This document shows, in pieces, positions 7,018 through 14,398 of a DNA stretch of 14,398 bases (within the stretch, counting starts at the first letter, position 1; every line of letters begins with the position of its first letter). The translations under genes and the position numbers were made by a program. The DNA comes from a virus (taxonomy: Duplodnaviria > Heunggongvirae > Uroviricota > Caudoviricetes), in the IMG/VR virus record IMGVR_UViG_2548876961_000004, one strand, 5' to 3'. Below the pieces are notes generated by a model. The model saw only the letters and a list, made by a program, of their open reading frames with translations. It made no database searches and was not told where the DNA came from.

Positions 7018-8976
7018 ATGCAGGCTGGTCACCAGAGTGACGCGGATATTTATATTTATGACGAGATTGGTTTCTGGGGTGTTACAGCGAAGCAGTTTAT
7101 CAGTGATCTGAATGCACTGGGCGATATCACCCACATTAATCTCAATATCAATTCACCGGGTGGCGATGTCTTTGAAGGCATCGCCATTTTTAATGCACTG
7201 AAAACACATGGTGCGTCCATTACCGTTTATGTCGACGGTGTGGCGGCGTCAATGGCGTCGGTCATTGCGATGGTGGGAAAACCGGTCATTATGCCGGAAA
7301 ACTCCTTCATGATGATTCATAAACCATTTGGCTTTACGGGCGGTGATGCGGAGGACATGCGCACCTATGCCGACCTGCTCGATAAAGTTGAGGCGGTTCT
7401 GTTACCCGCTTATGCACAGAAAACCGGGAAAACCACCGATGAAATTGCTGCCATGCTGGCGGATGAGACCTGGATGTCCGGTGCCGAATGTCTGGCACAT
7501 GGATTTGCTGATCAGGTGACGCCAGCCGTTAAGGCAATGGCATGTATTCAGTCAAAACGTACAGAGGAATTTAAAAAGATGCCGGAATCCATTCGAAACA
7601 TGATTACTCCGCCACGCAACAGTGCTCCACGCGTACAGGATGATGGACCTGCAGCCTCCCGGACGCCAGTGCAGGCAGCAGCACCTGTGGTGGATGAAAA
7701 CAGTATCCGTGCGCAGGTACTGGCAGAGCAAAAAGCGCGTGTAAACGGTATTAATGATCTGTTTGCCATGTTTGGCGGGCGTTATCAGACGCTGCAGGCT
7801 CAGTGTCTTGCCGATCCTGAATGTTCGCTGGAGCAGGCCCGCGAAAAGCTGTTGAACGAGATGGGGCGCGAGTCCACGCCATCTAATAAAAATACCCCGG
7901 CTCATATTTATGCCGGAAACGGTAATTTTGTGGGGGATGGGATCCGCCAGGCGCTGATGGCGCGTGCCGGATTTGAAAAAAACGAACGTGATAATGTCTA
8001 CAACGGGATGACCCTGCGTGAATATGCCCGTATGTCACTGACTGAACGGGGTATTGGGGTTTCCAGTTATAACCCGATGCAGATGGTCGGTGCGGCGTTC
8101 ACACACAGTACGTCTGACTTCGGTAATATTCTGCTGGATGTTGCGAACAAAGCCATTCTGCAGGGCTGGGAAGATGCCCCTGAAACCTATGAACAGTGGA
8201 CGCGGAAAGGTCAGTTGTCTGATTTTAAAATTGCCCATCGTGTGGGTATGGGGGGCTTCAGTGCTCTGCGTCAGGTGCGTGAAGGGGCGGAATATAAATA
8301 CGTCACCACCGGAGATAAACAGGCCACTATTGCACTGGCGACCTATGGCGAGCTGTTCAGTATCACCCGTCAGGCCATTATCAATGATGATCTGAATATG
8401 CTGACCGATGTCCCGATGAAACTGGGCCGTGCGGCGAAATCCACTATTGCCGATCTGGTTTATGCCATTCTGACGTCTAACCCGAAAATCTCCACAGATA
8501 ATGTAAGTCTGTTCGATAAAGCGAAACATGCAAACGTACTGGAGAGCGCTGCAATGGACGTGGCATCGCTGGATAAAGCCCGCCAGTTGATGCGCGTTCA
8601 GAAAGAGGGGGAGCGTCATCTGAATATTCGTCCTGCGTTCGTACTGGTACCGACGGCGATGGAGTCTGTTGCTAACCAGGTCATTCGCTCCTCAAGTGTC
8701 AAGGGGGCTGACATTAACGCCGGTATTATTAACCCGGTGAAAGATTTTGCGACCGTTATTGCAGAGCCTCGTCTTGATGATAACAGCCAGACCACCTTCT
8801 ACCTGGCTGCGTCAAAAGGCTCCGATACGATTGAAGTGGCTTATCTCAACGGTGTGGATACGCCATATATTGATCAGATGGAGGGCTTCAGTGTGGATGG
8901 CGTGACAACGAAAGTGCGTATTGACGCCGGTGTCGCGCCAGTTGATCACCGCGGTCTGGTGAAATGTACGGCGTAA
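7018..8976 (+). CDS. Prohead protease (ClpP/S49-like) - scaffold - major capsid protein fusion polyprotein
   Basis: 652-aa product: N-terminal ClpP-like serine protease domain (DADIYIYDEIGFWGV...NINSPGGDVFEGIAIFNAL...VDGVAASMASVIAMVG), central Ala/Pro/Gln-rich linker, C-terminal ~300-aa HK97-fold-type capsid domain. Starts 13 nt after the portal stop; start codon choice uncertain (weak RBS). Confidence 0.85.
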   Translation: MQAGHQSDADIYIYDEIGFWGVTAKQFISDLNALGDITHINLNINSPGGDVFEGIAIFNALKTHGASITVYVDGVAASMASVIAMVGKPVIMPENSFMMIHKPFGFTGGDAEDMRTYADLLDKVEAVLLPAYAQKTGKTTDEIAAMLADETWMSGAECLAHGFADQVTPAVKAMACIQSKRTEEFKKMPESIRNMITPPRNSAPRVQDDGPAASRTPVQAAAPVVDENSIRAQVLAEQKARVNGINDLFAMFGGRYQTLQAQCLADPECSLEQAREKLLNEMGRESTPSNKNTPAHIYAGNGNFVGDGIRQALMARAGFEKNERDNVYNGMTLREYARMSLTERGIGVSSYNPMQMVGAAFTHSTSDFGNILLDVANKAILQGWEDAPETYEQWTRKGQLSDFKIAHRVGMGGFSALRQVREGAEYKYVTTGDKQATIALATYGELFSITRQAIINDDLNMLTDVPMKLGRAAKSTIADLVYAILTSNPKISTDNVSLFDKAKHANVLESAAMDVASLDKARQLMRVQKEGERHLNIRPAFVLVPTAMESVANQVIRSSSVKGADINAGIINPVKDFATVIAEPRLDDNSQTTFYLAASKGSDTIEVAYLNGVDTPYIDQMEGFSVDGVTTKVRIDAGVAPVDHRGLVKCTA

Positions 8977-8996
8977 ACGTCGCAGACAACAACTCT

Positions 8997-9019
8997 GATG
9001 GCCCGTAAGGGCTTTTTTT
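8997..9019 (+). terminator. Weak rho-independent terminator after the capsid gene (GCCC-GTAA-GGGC followed by T7)
   Basis: Short GC stem at 9001-9012 followed by TTTTTTT at 9013-9019, 25 nt after the capsid stop; likely partial terminator. Confidence 0.45.
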
Positions 9020-9062
9020 GTACCTGAAATCAGCCCCTGAACGGGGCTGTGCGGAGACAGTT

Positions 9063-9386
9063 ATGGCAAAGAATTTTGTAGAAGAAGGAAAAACGGTGGC
9101 GATTGTTGCCAGTGCAGCCATCAGCAGCGGAGATCTGGTGCAGGTGGGCGATGTTTTTGCGGTGGCGCTGACCGATATTCCACAGGGTGAAACAGGCGAC
9201 GGCATGACCGAAGGTGTGTTTATGCTGCCTAAGCTGAAAACGGATGACATGAAAACGGGTAAGAAGGTTTATCTGAAGTCAGGAAAAGTTCAGCTGACTA
9301 ACAGCGGCTCTGATCCGCTGGTCGGGGTTGTCTGGGCAGATGCCGGAACCAGTGCAGAAGAAGTGCCGGTAAAACTCAATGTCTGA
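9063..9386 (+). CDS. Small head-associated protein (DUF2190-like; putative head decoration or stabilisation protein)
   Basis: 107-aa ORF with GGAGA RBS 6 nt upstream of ATG 9063, located directly after the capsid gene; Gly/Val/Ala-rich beta-type sequence. Function inferred from position and general resemblance only. Confidence 0.65.
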   Translation: MAKNFVEEGKTVAIVASAAISSGDLVQVGDVFAVALTDIPQGETGDGMTEGVFMLPKLKTDDMKTGKKVYLKSGKVQLTNSGSDPLVGVVWADAGTSAEEVPVKLNV

Positions 9387-9654
9387 TCCCTTTTCCCGGC
9401 TGGCAGCGCGTATGGATGCTATCACGGTCAGAAAGATGGGAAAGACAGCCTCGATTAATGATGTCGATATGACTGTGATCCCGGGAGAAACACTGGCAGA
9501 GCTGAATGCTCTGTCCGGACCTGCGGTCTCTCTGGTGGTGTTTTCTTCGGGATACCGCCCACGGCGCGGGGATCGCGTTGTTTATGACGGACAACAATGG
9601 ACGGTCACACGGCATGAACGCTTTAACGGTAAGCCAATGATCTTTATTGAGTAA
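9379..9654 (+). CDS. Head-tail connector / head completion protein, lambda FII-like
   Basis: 91-aa ORF overlapping the previous stop (ATGTCTGA); C-terminal motif RRGDRVVYDGQQWTVTRHE resembles recalled lambda FII (RRGDTLTIGEENFWVDRV); position before gpZ as in lambda. Confidence 0.7.
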   Translation: MSDPFSRLAARMDAITVRKMGKTASINDVDMTVIPGETLAELNALSGPAVSLVVFSSGYRPRRGDRVVYDGQQWTVTRHERFNGKPMIFIE

Positions 9655-9665
9655 AGAGGTGTGGG

Positions 9666-10244
9666 ATGAAGGGGCTTGAGAATGCCATCCGCAATCTGAA
9701 CAGCCTTGATACCCGTATGGTGCCACAGGCCAGCGCATGGGCGATAAACCGTGTGGCACAGAAAGCGGGCTCGGTTGCCACCCGGCAGGTTGCCGGGAAT
9801 ACCGTTGCGGGAGATAACCAGGTGAAAGGGATCCCCCTGAAACTGGTTCGTCAGCGTGTCCGGGTGTTTAAAGCCAGTCCGTCAGGAAAAATGACGGCCA
9901 GGATCCGCGTTAACCGGGGCAATCTGCCCGCCATTAAGCTGGGGACAGCCCGGGTCAGACTGGCCCAGCGTGGTGGAAAACTGCAGTACCGTGGCAGTGT
10001 GCTGAAGGTGGGTAAATATCTTTTCCGGGATGCGTTTATTCAGCAACTGGCGAATGGTCGCTGGCATGTGATGCGGCGTATTGATGGCAAAAATCGTTAC
10101 CCCATTGATGTGGTGAAAATCCCGCTGTCCGGACCGCTGACACAGGCATTTGAAGATGCCCGCGACCGCATCATTGCTGCGGAAATGCCGAAACAGCTGG
10201 GGTATGCACTGAAACAACAACTGAGGTTATGGCTGACCCGATGA
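9666..10244 (+). CDS. Z: Tail completion protein, lambda gpZ-like
   Basis: 192-aa product (same length as lambda Z) with strong recalled similarity (MKGLENA..., ...NGRWHVMRRIDGKNRYPIDVVKIPLSGPLTQAF..., ...LGYALKQQLR...); AGAGG RBS 6 nt upstream. Confidence 0.88.
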   Translation: MKGLENAIRNLNSLDTRMVPQASAWAINRVAQKAGSVATRQVAGNTVAGDNQVKGIPLKLVRQRVRVFKASPSGKMTARIRVNRGNLPAIKLGTARVRLAQRGGKLQYRGSVLKVGKYLFRDAFIQQLANGRWHVMRRIDGKNRYPIDVVKIPLSGPLTQAFEDARDRIIAAEMPKQLGYALKQQLRLWLTR

Positions 10245-10642
10245 ACCGACATACACAAATCCGCCAGGTCGTACTGGCACGCCTTCGGGAACAGTGTGGA
10301 GACAGCGCCACGTTTTTTGACGGGCTTCCGGCATTTGTTGATGCGCAGGAACTGCCTGCCGTGGCGGTGTGGCTGAGTGATGCTCAGTACACCGGAAAAA
10401 TGACGGATGAAGATGACTGGCAGGCTGTTCTGCATATTGCTGTCTTCATCCGGGCACAGGCACCGGATTCAGAGCTGGATATGTGGATGGAGAGCACCAT
10501 TTTCCCGGCCCTGAATGATGTATCGGCACTTTCCGGACTCATCGACACCCTGATCCCACTCGGTTTTAACTATCAACGTGATAATGAGATGGCCACCTGG
10601 GCGATGGCGGAAATCACGTACCAGATCACGTACACGAATTAA
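10241..10642 (+). CDS. U: Tail terminator protein, lambda gpU-like (alternative upstream in-frame ATG at 10229)
   Basis: Product MNRHTQIRQVVLARL...ATFFDGLPAFVDAQELPAVAVWLSDAQYTG...PDSELDMWMESTIFPALND...ITYQITY matches recalled lambda U along its length; ATG at 10241 overlaps Z stop (ATGA). Confidence 0.88.
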   Translation: MNRHTQIRQVVLARLREQCGDSATFFDGLPAFVDAQELPAVAVWLSDAQYTGKMTDEDDWQAVLHIAVFIRAQAPDSELDMWMESTIFPALNDVSALSGLIDTLIPLGFNYQRDNEMATWAMAEITYQITYTN

Positions 10643-10652
10643 GGAGGTGGTA

Positions 10653-11396
10653 ATGACCACGCCAAATCCACTGGCAAAGACGAAAGGTGCGGGGACGACG
10701 TTCTGGATGTATACCGGCAACGGCGATGCGTTTGCGAACCCTTTGTCGGACACTGACTGGCTGCGTCTTGCGATGGTGAAGGATCTGCAACCTGGCGAAA
10801 TGACCGCTGATGCAGAAGATGACACTTATCTCGATGATGAAGATGCAGACTGGAAAACGACAACCCAGGGGCAGAAATCCGTTGGTGATACTTCGGCGAC
10901 GCTGGCCTGGCGTCCGGGTGACAGCGGGCAGAAAAAACTGGTTCAGTTGTTCGACTCCGGTGAAGTCTGCGCGTTTCGTATCAAATATCCCAACGGCACT
11001 GTTGATGTTTTCCGCGGCTGGCTGAGCTCACTGGGTAAAACCATTGCCTCAAAAGACGTGATGACCCGCACAGTGAAAATCAGCGGTGTGGGGCGTCCAT
11101 ATCTGGCAGAGGAGGGCACTGAAACTGTGGGCGTTACCGGGCTGACGGTGGCACCGGCATCCGCCAGTGTCAATGTGGGAGCAACCACCACGCTGACCTT
11201 TACAGTAAAACCTGACGGAGCCAGTGACAAAGCGATCAGTGTGCATTCGACAGATCCACAGACAGCCACTGTGACCCTGAACGGACTTGTGGCCACGGTG
11301 AAAGGCGTGAAGCAGGGCAGCGTCAGCATTGTGGGCATGACCGCTGACGGGAATTTTGTGGCTGTGGCTGCGGTGACTGTCAGCGCTGCAGGTTAA
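10653..11396 (+). CDS. V: Major tail tube protein, lambda gpV-like, with C-terminal Ig-like (Big_2-type) domain
   Basis: 247-aa product MTTPNPLAKTKGAGTTFWMYTGNGDAFANPLSDTDW...YLDDEDADWKTTTQGQKSVGDTS...NGTVDVFRGWLSSLGK... closely parallels recalled lambda V (246 aa); strong AAGGAGG RBS 5 nt upstream. Confidence 0.93.
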   Translation: MTTPNPLAKTKGAGTTFWMYTGNGDAFANPLSDTDWLRLAMVKDLQPGEMTADAEDDTYLDDEDADWKTTTQGQKSVGDTSATLAWRPGDSGQKKLVQLFDSGEVCAFRIKYPNGTVDVFRGWLSSLGKTIASKDVMTRTVKISGVGRPYLAEEGTETVGVTGLTVAPASASVNVGATTTLTFTVKPDGASDKAISVHSTDPQTATVTLNGLVATVKGVKQGSVSIVGMTADGNFVAVAAVTVSAAG

Positions 11397-11416
11397 CAGG
11401 ACGATACTCATCATTT

Positions 11417-11440
11417 GCCCCGGTTATCCGGGGCTTTTTT
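11417..11440 (+). terminator. Rho-independent terminator between V and G (GCCCCGG-TTAT-CCGGGGC followed by T6)
   Basis: Perfect 7-bp GC-rich stem at 11417-11423 and 11428-11434, then TTTTTT at 11435-11440. Confidence 0.55.
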
Positions 11441-11456
11441 GCAGGTGGAGAACATG

Positions 11457-11843
11457 ATGTTTCTGAAACAGGGCACGTTTAATTATGAAAAGCAGTCCGT
11501 GGTGCTCAGTGAGCTGTCCGGGCTGCAGAGAATTGAATATCTGGCGTTTGTTCAGCAGCGAACGGCAAAGTTTGATGCCGAAGAGGGAGAACTGCCGGAG
11601 GCTGAACGACAGATTGCTTTTCTGCGGATGGGGATGGATATCAATGCCTGGCTGGTTTCCCGCTCACTGTGGAATGCGGAACAGTCTCAGGATGTTGAGA
11701 CGCTTTGCGCATCCGTTATTACAACATGGTCGTATGATGCCCTGGGAGCGGGGGCGGAGATGGTTCTGTCGCTGAGCGGTATGGGAGCCATTGAGAATGC
11801 CGGGGATTTGGAGCATGAGGTGCTGACGCCGGAAAAGTCCTGA
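11457..11843 (+). CDS. G: Tail assembly chaperone, lambda gpG-like (alternative start ATG 11454)
   Basis: Product MFLKQGTFNYEKQSVVLSELSGLQRIEYLAF... parallels recalled lambda G (MFLKTESFEHNGVTVTLSELSALQRIEHLAL...); GGTGGAG RBS 6 nt upstream. Confidence 0.85.
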   Translation: MFLKQGTFNYEKQSVVLSELSGLQRIEYLAFVQQRTAKFDAEEGELPEAERQIAFLRMGMDINAWLVSRSLWNAEQSQDVETLCASVITTWSYDALGAGAEMVLSLSGMGAIENAGDLEHEVLTPEKS

Positions 11844-12181
11844 CGCGGGAAATGCAGTTTGTCATGCGGCTTGCCCGGGAGTTCCGGCGGGCAGACTGGC
11901 GGCGGATGCTGTCGGAAATGTCGGCCACTGAGCTTGGTGAGTGGGGCGATTATTTCCGGATGCAGAGCTTCAGTGATGTGTGGATGGATGCGCAGTTTGC
12001 CTCGCTGAAGGCATTGATCGTGAGAATGGTGTCCGGTAGCAGTGATGCTGCGGTGGCTGATTTCAGCCTTTTACCGGAAGAGAACGGGATACCGGAGCGA
12101 ACGGACGAAGAACTGATGCATCTTGGGGAAGGTATTTCCGGAGGTGTGCGTTATGGACCAGATAGCCAACCTGGTCATTGA
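11457..12181 (+). CDS. T: Tail assembly chaperone G-T fusion produced by -1 programmed ribosomal frameshift near the end of G (shift window 11819-11843; likely at GGAAAAG 11831-11837); T-specific part 11838..12181
   Basis: The -1 frame relative to G is open from 11819 and runs to TGA 12179-12181, encoding ...VLTREMQFVMRLAREFRRADWRRMLSEMSATELGEWGDYFRMQSF...; the arrangement is the conserved G/G-T frameshift of lambdoid tail operons. Confidence 0.7.
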
Positions 12182-14393
12182 TTTGGGGATTGATGCGGCA
12201 GAGTTTAAAAATGAAATTCCCCGTATCAAAAACCTTCTGAATGGTGCAGCCAGCGATGCAGAACGGTCTTCTGCCCGTATGCAGCGTTTTATGGAGCGTC
12301 AGACTCAGGCCGCCCGGCAGACAATGCAGGCGGCTTCTTCGGCTGCAACAGCCGCATCCGTCCATGCGCAGACGGTGGAGAAGAGCGCACAGGCTCATGA
12401 ACGCATGGCCCGCGAGGTGGAGCAAACCCGCCAGCGTATGGAGGCACTGAGCCAGAAAATGCGCGAGGAACAGGCGCAGGCCATGGCTCTGGCGGAGGCT
12501 CAGGATAAAGCGGCTGCTGCGTTTTATCGTCAGATTGACAGTGTGAAACAGGCCGGTGCGGGGCTGCAGGAATTACAGCGTATTCAGCAACAGATCCGAC
12601 AGGCCAGAAACAGTGGCGGGATTGGTCAGCAGGATTATCTGGCGCTGATTTCTGAGGTTACGGCGAAAACCCGTGTTCTTACACAGGCTGAGGAAGAGGC
12701 TACCCGACAGAAAGTGGCGTTTATCCGTCAGCTTAAAGAGCAGGCAACCCGCCAGAATCTTTCTTCTTCTGAGTTGCTTCGTGCTAAGGCTGCCCAGCTG
12801 GGGGTAAGCAGTGCTGCAGAAGTGTATATCCGCAAAATGGAGCAGGCAGGAAAAGCCACGCATTCGCTGGGTCTGAAAAGTGCAGCAGCCCGTCAGGAGA
12901 TAGGCGTTCTGATAGGTGAACTGGCCCGCGGCAATTTAGGTGCGCTGAGGGGATCCGGAATAACGCTGGCTAACCGTGCCGGGTGGATAGACACACTGAT
13001 GTCACCGAAAGGCATGATGCCAGGAGCGGTTATTGGCGGTATTGCCGCGGCTGTCTATGGTCTGGGTAAAGCCTGGTATGACGGTCAGAAGGAGGGGGAA
13101 GAATTTAACCGCCAGCTGTCGCTGACGGGGCATTATGCCGGAGTCACTGCCGGGCAGCTGTGGACGCTCAGTCGTGCTATTTCCGGGAATGGTATCACGC
13201 AACATGCTGCAGCCGGTGCGCTGGCTCAGGTGGTGGGGAGTGGTGCATTTCGTGGAAACGATATCGGTATGGTGGCGAGAGCTGCCGCACAGATGGAGCG
13301 ATCGGTTGGCCAGTCGGTCAGCGATACCATAAATCAGTTTAAGCGGCTGAAGGATGATCCTGTAAATGCCGCGAAGGCTCTGGACAATGAGCTGCATTTT
13401 CTTACTGCCACTCAGCTTGAGCAGATACGCGTCCTTGGGGAGCAGGGGCGGTCCAGTGATGCTGCACGGATAGCCATGTCTGCACTGGCAGAGGAAACCG
13501 GTCGGCGTACTGCGGATATTGATAATAACCTCAATGCGCTTGGCAGTACGCTGAAGTATCTGTCTGATTTGTGGAGTCGTTTCTGGGATGCGGCCATGAA
13601 TATTGGTCGTGAAGACTCGCTGGATGAACAGATTGCCGCTTTACAGGAGAAAGTGTCGCGGGCGAAAAGACTCCCCTGGACGGCATCATCTTCTCAGGTT
13701 GAATACGATCAGCAGCGTCTTAACGATCTTCAGGAGAAAAAACGCCAGAAGGATTTGCAGGATGCAAAAGAGCAGGCAGAGCGGAATTATCAGGAGCAAC
13801 AGAAACGCCGTAATGCTGAAAATGCTGCACTGAACCGGATGAATGAAACGGAAGCAGCACGACATCAGCGTGAAATAGCGCGTATTAATGCCATGCAGTA
13901 CGCCGATCAGGCTGTCAGGGATGCGGCGATACAACGTGAAAATGAACGTTACGAGAAAGCCCTGGCATCCGGTAAGAAAAAAACACGCGAAACCCGTAAT
14001 GATGAGGCCACCCGGTTATTGCTGCAGTACAGTCAGCAACAGGCACAGGTGGAAGGACAGATTGCTGCTGCCAGACAGTCAGCAGGCATTGCCACGGAAA
14101 GGATGACAGAAGCGCGTAAACAGCTTCTGGCTCTGCAGCAGCGCATCAGCGACCTGGACGGGAAAAAACTGACGGCAGATGAAAAGAGTGTGCTGGCCCG
14201 TAAAGATGAACTGATTCAGGCACTGACGCTGCTGGATGTAAAACAGCAGGAGCTTCAGAAACAGACGGCACTCAACGAGCTGAAGAAAAAAACAATTCAG
14301 CTGACCAGTCAACTGGCTGAAGAAGAGCGCGCTCAGCGTCAGCATGAACCGCCCCGGGAATCCTGGAGACTAAACTCCCTGAGAAAGAGGTAA
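12153..14393 (+). CDS. H: Tail tape measure protein, lambda gpH-like (N-terminal ~745 aa; ORF stops at TAA 14391-14393, 5 nt before the window end)
   Basis: ATG 12153 with GGAGG RBS 8 nt upstream, overlapping the end of T; N-terminus MDQIANLVIDLGIDAAEFKNE... parallels recalled lambda H (MAEPVGDLVVDLSLDAARFDEQ...); long Ala/Gln/Arg-rich coiled-coil region typical of tape measure proteins. Confidence 0.88.
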   Translation: MDQIANLVIDLGIDAAEFKNEIPRIKNLLNGAASDAERSSARMQRFMERQTQAARQTMQAASSAATAASVHAQTVEKSAQAHERMAREVEQTRQRMEALSQKMREEQAQAMALAEAQDKAAAAFYRQIDSVKQAGAGLQELQRIQQQIRQARNSGGIGQQDYLALISEVTAKTRVLTQAEEEATRQKVAFIRQLKEQATRQNLSSSELLRAKAAQLGVSSAAEVYIRKMEQAGKATHSLGLKSAAARQEIGVLIGELARGNLGALRGSGITLANRAGWIDTLMSPKGMMPGAVIGGIAAAVYGLGKAWYDGQKEGEEFNRQLSLTGHYAGVTAGQLWTLSRAISGNGITQHAAAGALAQVVGSGAFRGNDIGMVARAAAQMERSVGQSVSDTINQFKRLKDDPVNAAKALDNELHFLTATQLEQIRVLGEQGRSSDAARIAMSALAEETGRRTADIDNNLNALGSTLKYLSDLWSRFWDAAMNIGREDSLDEQIAALQEKVSRAKRLPWTASSSQVEYDQQRLNDLQEKKRQKDLQDAKEQAERNYQEQQKRRNAENAALNRMNETEAARHQREIARINAMQYADQAVRDAAIQRENERYEKALASGKKKTRETRNDEATRLLLQYSQQQAQVEGQIAAARQSAGIATERMTEARKQLLALQQRISDLDGKKLTADEKSVLARKDELIQALTLLDVKQQELQKQTALNELKKKTIQLTSQLAEEERAQRQHEPPRESWRLNSLRKR

Positions 14394-14398
14394 ACAGG

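Noticed and set aside
8035-8619. 194-aa minus-strand ORF antisense to the capsid gene (and others such as 7552..7905, 10943..11338, 13002..13397)
   Set aside because: Embedded antisense or out-of-frame within strongly supported plus-strand structural genes; no independent signals.
11485-11775. 96-aa + strand ORF in an alternative frame inside G
   Set aside because: Wrong frame for the G-T fusion (the -1 frame opens only at 11819); Arg/Trp-rich, composition typical of an off-frame artefact.
1-14398. CRISPR arrays, IS elements, integrase/att sites, toxin-antitoxin or defence-system genes
   Set aside because: No regularly spaced direct repeats, no transposase- or integrase-like ORFs, and every substantial ORF is accounted for by the lysis, packaging, head and tail modules.

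Overview
This window reads as the late-operon segment of a lambda-like (lambdoid) enterobacterial phage or prophage, with every convincing gene on the + strand. In order: the 3' end of an upstream ORF; a pR'-like promoter and tR'-like terminator about 180 nt apart (6S-RNA-like leader); a lysis cassette (phage-21-type pinholin with dual start, SAR endolysin, lambda-like Rz with embedded Rz1); a ~0.8 kb stretch without a credible gene that carries a terminator, a large palindrome and a cos-like site; packaging genes (small and large terminase); head genes (gpW-like, a portal interrupted by a frameshift in a T6 run, a ClpP-like protease fused to the major capsid protein, a small head protein, an FII-like connector); and tail genes (Z, U, V, G, G-T by -1 frameshift, tape measure H ending 5 nt before the window edge). 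I found no tRNA, CRISPR array, IS element or recognisable defence or cargo gene, and I do not see evidence of a novel system here. The points most worth follow-up are the portal frameshift, the variant cos site, the non-canonical G-T slippery site, the structured non-coding RNA elements flanking the lysis cassette, and the apparently short tape measure. All homology statements rest on my recollection of lambda and phage 21 proteins and reading of the supplied translations; no database search was run.
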